From Actinomycetota bacterium (GTDB taxonomy: Bacteria > Actinomycetota > Acidimicrobiia > Acidimicrobiales > SZUA-35), in contig JBCCFL010000034.1 in the NCBI GenBank assembly GCA_039029735.1, forward strand, positions 1,890 to 65,889: 64,000 nucleotides of DNA, written 5' to 3'. Under the pieces are notes generated by a model. That model did no database searches, was not told the DNA's origin, and saw only the letters and a program-made list of their open reading frames with translations. The translations under genes were made by a program, and so were the position numbers. This document shows positions 49,497-59,264 of this stretch, piece after piece. The number at the start of each line of letters is the position of its first letter. Within the stretch, counting starts at the first letter, position 1.

Positions 49497-50111
49497 TCAA
49501 CCAGCAGTTCGTTCGATGACCCTGGTCATCCAACGTTCGAACTGGGCGTCCGGGTGGAGGCCCGTCACCGTGAGCTCGCCGATGCGCCACGCGGGTGTGG
49601 CGGTCACACCGAGTTCGTGGGCCTCGTCTCGACCTGCTTCGAGCAACCGCTGGCCCTCGCCGTCAGCCCACCGACCCCACAGCGTGGCCGACGCCTCCTG
49701 CCCCAGCACGGTGTCGGTATGGCGGCGCAGCGAATCCCGGTCGTCGATCGGGCTGCCGTCCACCCAGTAGGCGGTGGCGAGAGCGTCGTCGAGGTCGGCG
49801 ACGGCGTTGGGGTGATGAGCGACGACGAGCTCGAGCACCTCGAGTACGAGATGGGAGTTCGGGGTGAACGTCGGCTTCACGAAGGGTTGGTTGCGGGTGG
49901 CGCACTCCTCGGCGATGTGATCGAACACCCCGTCGAGGCGCCCTCCAGGGCGGACGGGCCGACCCTCGGGTGGGATCTCCGGATGCAGTTCGTAGGCCCG
50001 CAGCCGCACCTCGACGCCCTGGCCGCGAAGCCACTCCGTCTGATGCCGCGCGCCGTAGGCCCAGGGGCAGATGTAGTCGGTCCACACCGTGACCGTCACC
50101 GGAGGCGTCAT
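49497..50111 (-). CDS. DsbA/FrnE-family thioredoxin-fold protein
   Basis: WTDYICPWAY, YELHP, GVTATP (cis-Pro loop). Confidence 0.85.
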   Translation of the reverse strand: MTPPVTVTVWTDYICPWAYGARHQTEWLRGQGVEVRLRAYELHPEIPPEGRPVRPGGRLDGVFDHIAEECATRNQPFVKPTFTPNSHLVLEVLELVVAHHPNAVADLDDALATAYWVDGSPIDDRDSLRRHTDTVLGQEASATLWGRWADGEGQRLLEAGRDEAHELGVTATPAWRIGELTVTGLHPDAQFERWMTRVIERTAG

Positions 50112-50173
50112 GGTCTTACGGTAGAGGTCTGCTCATGGGTGGCGGAACCTCAGGACTGGCCTATTGTGCTGGG

Positions 50174-50971
50174 GTGCTCGTGGCGACGTGGAATGTGAAC
50201 TCGCTCAAGGCGCGCCTTCCACGAGTGGAGGAGTGGCTCACCCAGACGGCCCCCGACGTGGTCTGTCTCCAGGAGACGAAGCTCTCCGACGGTGCCTTCC
50301 CGGCGCTGGCCTTTGAGGCCCTCGGCTACCAGACGGTGCACCATGGCCAGGGTCAGTGGAACGGCGTTGCCATCTGTTCCCGAGTGGGCATCGACGATGT
50401 GCAGGCAGGCTTCGCGGAGGGGATCGAGCCCGACACCGACGCCCGCCTGGTGTCGGCCACGTGTGGCGGTGTGCGCGTGCACAGCGTGTACGTGCCCAAC
50501 GGTCGCGAGGTCGACCACGACCACTATCACTACAAGCTCTCCTGGCTGGCGCGGCTGCGGGCCCACCTCGAGGCCACCTGCACTCCTGCTGATGACGTGA
50601 TCGTTGCCGGCGACTGGAACATCATCCCGGCCGACATCGATGTGTGGGACCCGAAGGAGTTCGTCGGACACACCCACGTGACTCCGGCTGAGCGCGACGC
50701 GCTCGCCTCGGTGGTCGACTGGGGTCTCTTCGACACGTTCCGCACCCGCTATGGCGACGCCGCGGGGCTGTTCAGCTACTACGACTACACCGCCGGCCGG
50801 TTCCACAAGCGCCAGGGCATGCGGATCGACTACCTCCTCGCCACCGAATCACTCGCCGCCGCGTCAACGCTCGACCTCGTCGATCGAAATGCCCGCAAGG
50901 GCACGAAGCCGAGCGACCACGCTCCCGTGCTCGCTGGCTACGACCGCGACAGCGAGTCGGGCGCGTGCTGA
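50174..50971 (+). CDS. xth: Exodeoxyribonuclease III (AP endonuclease)
   Basis: ATWNVNS, LQETK, YVPNG, GDWN, GMRID, PSDHAPV. Confidence 0.95.
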   Translation: MLVATWNVNSLKARLPRVEEWLTQTAPDVVCLQETKLSDGAFPALAFEALGYQTVHHGQGQWNGVAICSRVGIDDVQAGFAEGIEPDTDARLVSATCGGVRVHSVYVPNGREVDHDHYHYKLSWLARLRAHLEATCTPADDVIVAGDWNIIPADIDVWDPKEFVGHTHVTPAERDALASVVDWGLFDTFRTRYGDAAGLFSYYDYTAGRFHKRQGMRIDYLLATESLAAASTLDLVDRNARKGTKPSDHAPVLAGYDRDSESGAC

Positions 50972-53121
50972 GTTCGCTCGACCATCACGAACTCTTAGTC
51001 TTCTGGACACAACTCCTCGCGCTCTACGCAACTGCTCGGATGCTCGGCGCCCTCGCTCGGCGCGTCGGGCTCCCCTCCGTCATCGGTGAACTCGGGGCTG
51101 GGCTCGTCCTCGGGCCGAGCGTGTTCGGCCTGGTCTGGCCGGGAGGGTTCGACTGGTTCTTGCCCGAGAGCGAGGTCCAGTCGGCGATGTTGCTGTCGGT
51201 GAGTTGGTTCTCGGCCGCCTTCCTCCTCGTCGTGGCCGGTTTCGAGACCGATCTCGACCTGATTCGCCGCCTTGGCCGCGCCGCAGCACTCGTCACCGCA
51301 GGCAGCCTGCTCGTGCCGTTCGCTGGCGGTCTCGTGGTGGGCGCCTATGTGCCCGACTCGTTCTACGGCGAGTCGGCCAACTCATTGGTGTTCACGCTGT
51401 TCATCGCCACGAGCGTCGCCGTTTCGGCCTTGGCGGTGGTGGCCAAGATCCTGGGCGACCTCGGCCTCATGCGCCGCGACGTCGGTCAGATCACCATCGC
51501 GGTTGGCATGTCGAACGATCTCATTGGCTGGGTGATCCTCGGTGTCATCGCTGGCCTCGCCGCCTCGGGTGAGGTGTCCGCCGCCGACGCCAGCTTCACG
51601 GTGATCGGCCTGGCGTTGTTTCTCGTGCTGGCGCTCACGCTCGGCCAGCGGATGGTCGACGCCGGTCTGCGAGTAGTGCGGCGGGACGGCAAGAACCTCC
51701 AGGGCGCCCTCACCGTGACCGTCGCCGCCATGCTCGTGCTCGGCGTGATCACCCAGGCGCTCGGGGTGGAGGCCGTGCTCGGAACGTTCGTGGCGGGCGT
51801 GCTGCTTGCCCGGTCGCGCTACCAGCAGATCGAAGGCGAGCATGTGATCGAGGACCTCACCTCGGTGCTGTTCGCTCCGCTGTTCTTCGCCACCGCCGGG
51901 CTGCGCCTCAACCTTGGGCTGCTCCAGGGTGAAGCGCTCACCTGGGCCCTGGCGCTGCTGGCAGTGGCGCTCGTGCTCAAGTTCGTCGGCTCGTTCGCCG
52001 GTGCCCGCCTCGCCGGCCTGACCAGCCGGGAGGGCGTGGTGCTCGGTGCCGGGCTCAATGCCCGCGGCGCCCTCGAGATCATCATCGCCACCGTGGGCCT
52101 GTCGTTGGGCGTGTTCAACGAGACCTCGTTCACGGTGATCGTGATGATCCCACTGGTCACGTCGCTCGTCGCCTCGATCGGTGTTCGCCTCGCAGGGCAC
52201 AACCTCGAAGGATCGGTGGCCGAGCGAGAACGGCTGGCACAGGAGGCGGCGCTCGAACGCAACCTGCTGGTACGAAACAGCCGCATCCTGTTGCCCTCGG
52301 GCACCGACGACAACAGCATCGTGGCGGCCCAGATCGTGCACTTCGCGTGGCCCGAGTCACTCGGGTCGACGGTCATCTCGGTGCAGAACCACAACGGCGA
52401 CGAGCCAGAAAACCTCGAACCGCTCCGCAACGTGCTCTACGGCCGCGAGATCGACGTGAAGCCGGTGTCGGCTGAGACTGCGCTCGACAGCACCGTGGCC
52501 GAGTCGAAGTTGGGCTACGGCGTGATCGCCGTCGGCACGGTGGCCGACCCCGGCAAGGGCGTGTTCTTCTCGCCGTTCGTCGACGCCTTGTTGGGCCGCG
52601 TCGACCTGCCGGTGGTGATCGTGCGAAAGGCGAAGAACCTGCCGGGCCGCCTCCCCGGAGCCTTCGCCCAGGCGCTCGTCCCGGTCGTCGCCAGTTCGTC
52701 GTCTCGGGCCGCCGAGGAGTTGGCTGCGAACTTCGCCAGCAGCCTCGGAACCCAGCTGATGCTCAGCCACGTGATCTACCGGCCCCGCGCCGAACTCGTA
52801 CCTGGTGGCCGGTTGTTCGGGCGGCTGCGCGATGCCGCATTCCCCGAGGACTCCGATGTGGCCGAGCGGGTACTGGCCAAGGCCCACGACCACGCCCTCG
52901 ACGTCGGTTCGATCGCCGACACCGAGATCCGCTTCGCCGCCTCGCCGGCCGAGGAGATCGTTCGCCACGCCAACGAGATCGAAGCCGACCTGATCGTGAT
53001 CGGTGCTCAGCTCCGCAATCTCGACGGGCGCCCCAGCCTCGGTCCGAACGCGGAGCACATCCTCGAGCACGCGCCACAAACCGTGGTGGCCGTGGTCATG
53101 CCCGACAATCGCCCCGACTGA
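50965..53121 (+). CDS. CPA2 cation:proton antiporter with C-terminal universal-stress-protein domain(s)
   Basis: P.VIGEL.AG.VLGPS, NDLIGW, PLFFATAGL, GLNARGALE; USP motif PAEEIVRHA....ADLIVIG...LG. Confidence 0.9.
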   Translation: MLSSLDHHELLVFWTQLLALYATARMLGALARRVGLPSVIGELGAGLVLGPSVFGLVWPGGFDWFLPESEVQSAMLLSVSWFSAAFLLVVAGFETDLDLIRRLGRAAALVTAGSLLVPFAGGLVVGAYVPDSFYGESANSLVFTLFIATSVAVSALAVVAKILGDLGLMRRDVGQITIAVGMSNDLIGWVILGVIAGLAASGEVSAADASFTVIGLALFLVLALTLGQRMVDAGLRVVRRDGKNLQGALTVTVAAMLVLGVITQALGVEAVLGTFVAGVLLARSRYQQIEGEHVIEDLTSVLFAPLFFATAGLRLNLGLLQGEALTWALALLAVALVLKFVGSFAGARLAGLTSREGVVLGAGLNARGALEIIIATVGLSLGVFNETSFTVIVMIPLVTSLVASIGVRLAGHNLEGSVAERERLAQEAALERNLLVRNSRILLPSGTDDNSIVAAQIVHFAWPESLGSTVISVQNHNGDEPENLEPLRNVLYGREIDVKPVSAETALDSTVAESKLGYGVIAVGTVADPGKGVFFSPFVDALLGRVDLPVVIVRKAKNLPGRLPGAFAQALVPVVASSSSRAAEELAANFASSLGTQLMLSHVIYRPRAELVPGGRLFGRLRDAAFPEDSDVAERVLAKAHDHALDVGSIADTEIRFAASPAEEIVRHANEIEADLIVIGAQLRNLDGRPSLGPNAEHILEHAPQTVVAVVMPDNRPD

Positions 53122-53151
53122 CCCAACGGCGATGAGGGCACACCGCCCCGA

Positions 53152-55188
53152 TCAGGCGTGTTCGGCGGGTGCGTTGAGCAGGTTGATGAGGTCGTCGCCG
53201 TAGCGGCTGAGTTTCGACGGGCCGATGCCGTCGATGGCGGCGAGAGCCGCCCGGTTGGTGGGGCGCGCCCTGGCCAATGAGCGGAGGGTCCGGTCGCTCA
53301 ACACCACATGCACCGGCACATCCGACGCGCGGGCCCGCCGTTGCCGCCACTGTCGCAGCGCCTGGTACGCCCGCTGCTCGGCCGCGGGATCGTCGGCTGC
53401 GGCCGAGGCGAAGGCCGGCTGTGCGGCACGCCGGCGCCCTCGCGCCGATGACGGCGGCGGCGCGTCGGCCAGGCGCTGGCGGGAGGCGGCGATCTTGGCC
53501 CGCCAATCCACGCGGTGGGCCGGGGCCACGCCGAGCCGGGAGATCGCCGCGGCCGGGCCGGCCAACAGTGGCGACACCTCACGACCCACGGGCCGGTTGG
53601 TGAACGTGCGCGCGGCGGCCCACGAGAGGTGCAGTTCCTGCTCGGCGCGGGTGACGGCCACATAGAAGAGGCGTCGCTCCTCGGCCTTCTGGCCGCCGGT
53701 CTCGGCGTAGGCGATCGGCACGAAGCCGTCTTCCAGGCCGGCGACGTGAACCACCGGCCACTCGAGGCCCTTGGCACCGTGAAAGGTGGTCAGCTCCACG
53801 GCATCGGCGTTGTCGGCCACATCGTTGCCGTCGAGTGTCGAGAGCCAGGCCGCCAATCCGGGGCCCGAGGGGGCAGGGTCGACGGCGAGGTAGTCGTTGA
53901 CGAGGCGCAGCAGCGCTGCCCGGTTGGCCCGGCGTTCGACCTCAGGGCCGGAGGTCGGTGCGTCCTCCATGGTTGCCTCGGCGCTCAGCTCAGCCGCTGC
54001 GTCGGCCACATCCACGCCGGGGGAGGTGAGCTGCCCGATCAGGCTCGCCACCTCGGGTGACGCCAGCGGCCCCGCGCCGGCCCGGTGCCGAGCTGGAACG
54101 CCGAGATCGTTGAGCGTCTGCTCGATGAGGAGCAGTTGGGCGTTGGTGCGGACGAGCACGGCCTGATCCGACCACGAGCCGGCCACCCGGCGGGCTTCGC
54201 GGATGCGTTCGGCGACACCAACGGCCTCGGCCTTGTCGTCGGGGTAGGCCGTGACCGAGGGCCGCGGGCCGTCGGGCCGATGCGCCACCAGGCCTGGACC
54301 GTCGCTCAGGGTGGCGGCGAGTTCGAGCACCTGAGGGCTCGACCGGTAGTTGTCGGCGAGGGTGATCACGGTTGCCCCCGGCTCGCGGCGGGCGAAGGTG
54401 GCCAGCAGATCGGGTTCCGCGCCGTTCCAGCCGTAGATCGCCTGGTTCGTGTCGCCCACCACGAACAGGTCGGGCCGATCGCCCCGCCAGTGCGACAACA
54501 GCTCGTACTGCAGCGGGTTCACGTCTTGGAACTCGTCGACGCAGAGGTGGCGGTAGCGCCACCGCACGGCCTCGGCGTAGCCAGGGTCGCTCTGGAGGTC
54601 ACGGATGGCGAGCTCCAGGAGATCGTCGAAGTCGACCATGCGGCGCCGACGCTTCTCCTGGGCGAAGCGCACCATCACGTCCGCCAGCTGGTCGGCCGTG
54701 ATCGGCGGCGTGCGACCGGCTTCTGCTGCCGCCATCGAATACTGCTCAGGCGTGATCAGGCGGGCCCGGGCCCAGTCGATCTCGGCCAACACGTCGCTCG
54801 CCCGGACGCCGCGGCCGAGCGACGCGGCGCGGGCGAGGAACCGGCTGCGCCTGTCGAGGATCGCGGGCGGCGTGGTGTTGCGGTCGGCCCAGCGCCGCCT
54901 GAGCTGCACGAGGGCGATCCCGTGGAACGTGCCGGCGGCCACCTCGTCGCGCAGGCCCAGGGTGCGCAGCCGGTGCCGCAGCTCGCCTGCGGCCTTGCGG
55001 GTGAAGGTGAGGGCGAGCACCCGTGTGGGGTCGGTGTCGTCGGTGGCGATGCGCCACGCGATACGACGTGTGAGTACCCGGGTCTTGCCCGATCCGGCGC
55101 CAGCCATCACCACGACCGGCCCCCCGGTTGCGGTCACCGCCGCCAGCTGTGCCTCGTTCAGCCCGGCCACGAGCTGGTCCGCATCCAC
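53152..55188 (-). CDS. uvrD2: ATP-dependent DNA helicase UvrD2 with HRDC domain
   Basis: AGAGSGKTR, TFTRKAA, VDEFQD, TFHGAKGLEW, ERRLFYVAVTRA; C-terminal HRDC (L..WR..RA....VP..VV..D.TL). Confidence 0.92.
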   Translation of the reverse strand: MDADQLVAGLNEAQLAAVTATGGPVVVMAGAGSGKTRVLTRRIAWRIATDDTDPTRVLALTFTRKAAGELRHRLRTLGLRDEVAAGTFHGIALVQLRRRWADRNTTPPAILDRRSRFLARAASLGRGVRASDVLAEIDWARARLITPEQYSMAAAEAGRTPPITADQLADVMVRFAQEKRRRRMVDFDDLLELAIRDLQSDPGYAEAVRWRYRHLCVDEFQDVNPLQYELLSHWRGDRPDLFVVGDTNQAIYGWNGAEPDLLATFARREPGATVITLADNYRSSPQVLELAATLSDGPGLVAHRPDGPRPSVTAYPDDKAEAVGVAERIREARRVAGSWSDQAVLVRTNAQLLLIEQTLNDLGVPARHRAGAGPLASPEVASLIGQLTSPGVDVADAAAELSAEATMEDAPTSGPEVERRANRAALLRLVNDYLAVDPAPSGPGLAAWLSTLDGNDVADNADAVELTTFHGAKGLEWPVVHVAGLEDGFVPIAYAETGGQKAEERRLFYVAVTRAEQELHLSWAAARTFTNRPVGREVSPLLAGPAAAISRLGVAPAHRVDWRAKIAASRQRLADAPPPSSARGRRRAAQPAFASAAADDPAAEQRAYQALRQWRQRRARASDVPVHVVLSDRTLRSLARARPTNRAALAAIDGIGPSKLSRYGDDLINLLNAPAEHA

Positions 55189-55195
55189 GGTTCCG

Positions 55196-55217
55196 ACCCT
55201 ACCGCCCACCGGTGACA
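55196..55217 (-). promoter_or_regulatory. PafBC/RecA-NDp-like promoter of uvrD2 (leaderless)
   Basis: TGTC-ACCGGTGGGCGG(12 nt)-TAGGGT-7 nt-GTG matches the TGTC-N12-TANNNT geometry. Confidence 0.6.
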
Positions 55218-55273
55218 GCCAGCTTCGGTCGCTCTGGAGGTACCCCCGGACTCGATTCAACTACGATCGCGAA

Positions 55274-55894
55274 GTGTCGTTCCCCAAAGGCAACCTCAAC
55301 GAATCCGAGCAGGTCGTGCTGGATCTGCGTCCGCACTGGTGGTTCTTCATGCCCCAGGTCGTGGTTCTCGTCATCATCATCGCCGTCGGGATCCTGAGCC
55401 TCGTGTTCGGGCTCCCGGGCCTTGCCCAGCTGTTCGTGGCCGCCCTGATCCTGGCCGCGCTCGCGTGGTTCGCCTTTCGTTACGTTGTGTGGACCACCAC
55501 CAGGTTCGTGATCACCAGTGATCGGCTGATCAACCGCACGGGCGTGCTCCGGCGCGAAGGCATCGAGATCCCGCTCGAGCGGGTGAACACCGTGTTCTTC
55601 AAGCAGACCATCTTCGAGCGCATGATCGGGATGGGCGACCTCGAGATCGAGTCGGCCGGCGAGCAAGGGGCCCAACGCGTGTCGAACATCGCCAGCCCCC
55701 TCGCGGTGCAGAACGAGATCTACACCCAGATGGAGGGCAACGAGAACCGGAAGTTCGACCGCATCGGCTCCACCGGCGCGCCGACGCTGTCGATCCCGGA
55801 GCAGATCGAGAAGCTCGCCGAGCTCCACCGCCAAGGGGTGCTCTCCGACGCCGAGTTCCAGGCCAGCAAGGCCGAACTCCTCGGCCGCCTCTAG
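55274..55894 (+). CDS. bPH_2 (bacterial PH) membrane protein with SHOCT domain
   Basis: RPHW, 2 TM, TSDRLI.RTGV..R...EIPLERV, C-terminal IEKLAELHRQGVLSDAEFQASKAELL. Confidence 0.9.
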   Translation: MSFPKGNLNESEQVVLDLRPHWWFFMPQVVVLVIIIAVGILSLVFGLPGLAQLFVAALILAALAWFAFRYVVWTTTRFVITSDRLINRTGVLRREGIEIPLERVNTVFFKQTIFERMIGMGDLEIESAGEQGAQRVSNIASPLAVQNEIYTQMEGNENRKFDRIGSTGAPTLSIPEQIEKLAELHRQGVLSDAEFQASKAELLGRL

Positions 55895-55916
55895 CGTCGC
55901 GCCGCCCGCAGCCGTC

Positions 55917-56696
55917 ATGGCTCCACCGCCGGTGCTGCTGGTGTCGATCGACGGGGTGGCCCCGGCTGAGATCGACCCCACCACGATGCCGAACCTCCTG
56001 GCGCTGGCCGAGGTCGGCGCGTCGTGCTTCGACGCTCGCACGATCGAGCCGTGCTGGACGCTGCCTGCGCATCTGTCGATGGTGCGCGGCGTTGCCCCGA
56101 GCGTCCACGGTGTGTTCGACAACACCCCGGTTCCACCCGCCACCGACGTCTCGTCGGTGCTCGGCGTGGCCCGCCGGGCCGGGCGGGTGACGGCGGCGGT
56201 GCACAACTGGAGCCCGTTCGACGTGCTCTTCGACGCAGGAGACACGTTCGGCACGCTCTTCGTCGACCGTGGCTATGACCCTCACGGCGACGCCGCCATG
56301 GCGGAGGCAACCACGTGGTTCGTGGCCCACACGGGGGCCGATGTTGTGTTCTCCTACTTCGCCGGGCCCGACCTGGCTGGGCATGAGTACGGATGGGGGA
56401 GCGAGGCGTACCGACGCGCGCTCGGGCGGGCCGATGCGGCGCTGGGGGATCTGCTCGCCGAGCTCGCGGGCTGGCGTGTGATCGTCACCACCGACCATGG
56501 CGGGCTCGGCACGAACCACGGAGGCCTCAGCGACGCCGAGATGACCACCTTCGTGGTGGTTGCGGGGCCCGGGGTGCCGAGTGGACGTCAGCTCGGCGAG
56601 GCGTCGATCCTCGACGTCGCCCCCACCGTGGCGGCCCTGGCCGAGATGGCCCCGGACCCGCACTGGGTCGGCGCGTCGCTGGTGACGATCGCCTGA
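55917..56696 (+). CDS. Alkaline-phosphatase-superfamily (nucleotide pyrophosphatase/phosphodiesterase) protein
   Basis: VSIDG, WTLPAHLSM..G, D.AGH, TTDHGG, DVAPT. Confidence 0.87.
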   Translation: MAPPPVLLVSIDGVAPAEIDPTTMPNLLALAEVGASCFDARTIEPCWTLPAHLSMVRGVAPSVHGVFDNTPVPPATDVSSVLGVARRAGRVTAAVHNWSPFDVLFDAGDTFGTLFVDRGYDPHGDAAMAEATTWFVAHTGADVVFSYFAGPDLAGHEYGWGSEAYRRALGRADAALGDLLAELAGWRVIVTTDHGGLGTNHGGLSDAEMTTFVVVAGPGVPSGRQLGEASILDVAPTVAALAEMAPDPHWVGASLVTIA

Positions 56697-56751
56697 CCGG
56701 CGGCGCCCCTCCCGCCGCACGACCGGGAGCGGCCACTAGGGTCGTCTCACT

Positions 56752-58161
56752 ATGACTGCTCGCCCCGCTGCCCAGTACTCGGTGACCTTCCAGGTCCGCC
56801 TCGACAACACCCCCGGTGTACTCGGGCGACTCGCCACGGCGATCGGCGAGGCCGGAGGCAACATCTTCGCCATCGAAGGGTTCGTGGCCAAGGGCCCCAC
56901 CCTCGAACGCGAGATCGTGGTCAACTGCTCCGGCGTCGACCATCAGCGCGAGATCGTGGCCGTGGTGCAGTCAGTGGAGGGGGTCGAGATGCTCGACCAC
57001 TGGGATCGCACGTTCCGCATGCACGAGGGCGGCAAGATCGAGGTGCTCCCGCTCCACCCCGTTGGTGACGCCGACGATCTCTCGATGGCCTACACGCCGG
57101 GTGTCGCCCGGGTGTGCATGGCGATCAACGGCGACGAGAGCATGGCCGACACCCACACCATCCGGAAGAACACGGTGGCCATCGTGTCCGACGGCACCGC
57201 GGTGCTCGGCCTCGGCGACATCGGGCCGAAGGCCGCCATGCCGGTGATGGAGGGCAAGGCGTTGCTGTTCAAGGAGTTCGGCCAGGTGGACGCCTTCCCG
57301 ATCTGCCTCGATGTCGACACCCCGGAGGAACTGATCGAGACCGTGGTGCGCCTGGCCCCCACGTTCGGTGGCGTGAACCTGGAAGACATCGCCGCCCCCG
57401 GCGCGTTCGAGGTCGAGGCGGCGCTGAAGGAACGCCTCGACATCCCGGTGTTCCACGATGACCAGCACGGCACGGCCGTGGTTGCGCTCGCCGGGTTGCA
57501 GAACGCGCTCAAGATCGTGGGCAAGAGCATGGCCGACGTGTCGGTGGTCATCGCAGGAGCGGGAGCCGCCGGCATCGCCATCGCCAAGATCCTCATCGAG
57601 TGCGGGGTCGGCGAGATCATCGGCGCCGACCGCAAGGGTGCGATCCACACCGGTCGCACCGACCTCAACACCGCCAAGCAGTGGCTGGCCGACAACACCA
57701 ACCAGAGCGGCAAGTCGGGCTCGATCAGCGACATCATGGGCGGCACCGACGTGTTCCTCGGCGTGAGCGGCCCCGGCCTGATCAGCCCCGACGATGTGAA
57801 GGCGATGGCCGCCGATCCGATCGTGTTCGCCATGGCCAACCCCGACCCCGAGATCCTGCCCGAGCACGTGGAGGGTCTCGTCGGCGTGATGGCCACCGGC
57901 CGCAGCGACTACCCGAATCAGATCAACAACGTGCTGGCGTTCCCTGGCATCTTCCGTGGTGCGCTCGACGCCTTCGCCAGCGACATCACCGAGCCGATGA
58001 AGCTGGCGGCGGCCACGGCCATCGCAGAGTCGGTGTCGGCCGACGAGCTGAGCCCCACCTTCATCGTGCCCTCGGTGTTCGACAAGGCCGTACCCATGCG
58101 AGTGGCTGCCGCCGTTCGCGACGCCGCCATCGCCGACGGCGTGGCCCGCATCACCGCCTGA
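56752..58161 (+). CDS. ACT-domain NAD(P)-dependent malic enzyme
   Basis: N-terminal ACT; YTPGVA, GTAVLGLG, PVMEGK, HDDQHGTA, GAGAAG, NQINNVLAFPG. Confidence 0.94.
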   Translation: MTARPAAQYSVTFQVRLDNTPGVLGRLATAIGEAGGNIFAIEGFVAKGPTLEREIVVNCSGVDHQREIVAVVQSVEGVEMLDHWDRTFRMHEGGKIEVLPLHPVGDADDLSMAYTPGVARVCMAINGDESMADTHTIRKNTVAIVSDGTAVLGLGDIGPKAAMPVMEGKALLFKEFGQVDAFPICLDVDTPEELIETVVRLAPTFGGVNLEDIAAPGAFEVEAALKERLDIPVFHDDQHGTAVVALAGLQNALKIVGKSMADVSVVIAGAGAAGIAIAKILIECGVGEIIGADRKGAIHTGRTDLNTAKQWLADNTNQSGKSGSISDIMGGTDVFLGVSGPGLISPDDVKAMAADPIVFAMANPDPEILPEHVEGLVGVMATGRSDYPNQINNVLAFPGIFRGALDAFASDITEPMKLAAATAIAESVSADELSPTFIVPSVFDKAVPMRVAAAVRDAAIADGVARITA

Positions 58162-58169
58162 GCCGCATC

Positions 58170-59144
58170 GTGCGCGTTGCCGTGGTGGGGGCCGCCGGGA
58201 TGATCGGCCGCAAGCTGATCGCTCAGCTGCTCGGCGCCGGCGCGCTCGCCGGCCATGAGATCGAGGCCGTCCACGCGTTCGATGTCGTGACGCCCACGGC
58301 CCAACGCGGCGCTGTGTCTGTCACTGCCACCGCGATCGACATCACCACGATGGCTGGGGCCAACGCCGTACTCGCAACCGACCCCGACGTGATCTACCAC
58401 CTGGCTGCGGTGGTGTCGGGTGAGGCCGAAGCCGACTTCGCCAAGGGCTATCGGGTGAACGTGGACGGCACGCGCACCCTCCTGGAGGCCTGCCGGGCTG
58501 CGACCGAGGCGGGGGCCAGCCCGCCCCGGATGGTGTTCACCTCGTCCATCGCTGTGTTCGGTGGGCAACTCCCCGACGTCATCGGTGATGACCACCACCT
58601 GTCGCCTCAGACCAGCTACGGCACCCAGAAGGTGATCGGCGAACAGCTCGTGCAGGACTACACGCGGCGTGGCTTCGTCGATGGCGTGTCGGTGCGGCTC
58701 CCCACCATCTGCATCCGGCCCGGCGCCCCGAACAAGGCCGCCTCGGGCTTCTACTCGTCGATCCTGCGTGAACCGCTCCAGGGGCAGCCTGCGGTGATCC
58801 CGGTGGCAGCCGATCTGCGGCACACCTTCGCCAGCCCCCGAGCGGCCGTGTCGTCGCTTGTGCGAGCGGCGACCCTCAACTCCGCCGCAATCGGATCCAC
58901 CCGGTCGCTCACGCTGCCCGGGCTGTCGGCCACGATCTCCGAGCAGCTCGCGGCACTCGAACGAGTGGCAGGAGCCGACGTGGCCGCCCTCGTGCGCCGG
59001 GAGCCCGACCCGGCGATCGAGGCGATTGTCGAGGGGTGGCCCCGGGCGCTCGCCGCTGAACGGGCGATCGCGCTGGGCTTCGAGGCAGAATCGTCGTTCG
59101 ACGAGATCATCGCCGTGTTCCAAGAGGACGAACTGGGGCACTGA
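58170..59144 (+). CDS. denD: D-erythronate dehydrogenase-like NAD-dependent epimerase/dehydratase
   Basis: GAAGMIG, HLAAVVSGEAEADF..GYRVN, SYGTQK, RPGAPNKAASGF.S.I.REPL. Confidence 0.82.
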   Translation: MRVAVVGAAGMIGRKLIAQLLGAGALAGHEIEAVHAFDVVTPTAQRGAVSVTATAIDITTMAGANAVLATDPDVIYHLAAVVSGEAEADFAKGYRVNVDGTRTLLEACRAATEAGASPPRMVFTSSIAVFGGQLPDVIGDDHHLSPQTSYGTQKVIGEQLVQDYTRRGFVDGVSVRLPTICIRPGAPNKAASGFYSSILREPLQGQPAVIPVAADLRHTFASPRAAVSSLVRAATLNSAAIGSTRSLTLPGLSATISEQLAALERVAGADVAALVRREPDPAIEAIVEGWPRALAAERAIALGFEAESSFDEIIAVFQEDELGH

Positions 59145-59264
59145 ACCCCGAAAGTGGACGCTTGGTGGTCGCTTCCCGAGCGGCAACCGAACGTCCTGAT
59201 CACCTCGGCCCGGCCCCGGCTTACGATCCCCGCACCTCGATCCCGATCGTGCGGAGGAATGGGA

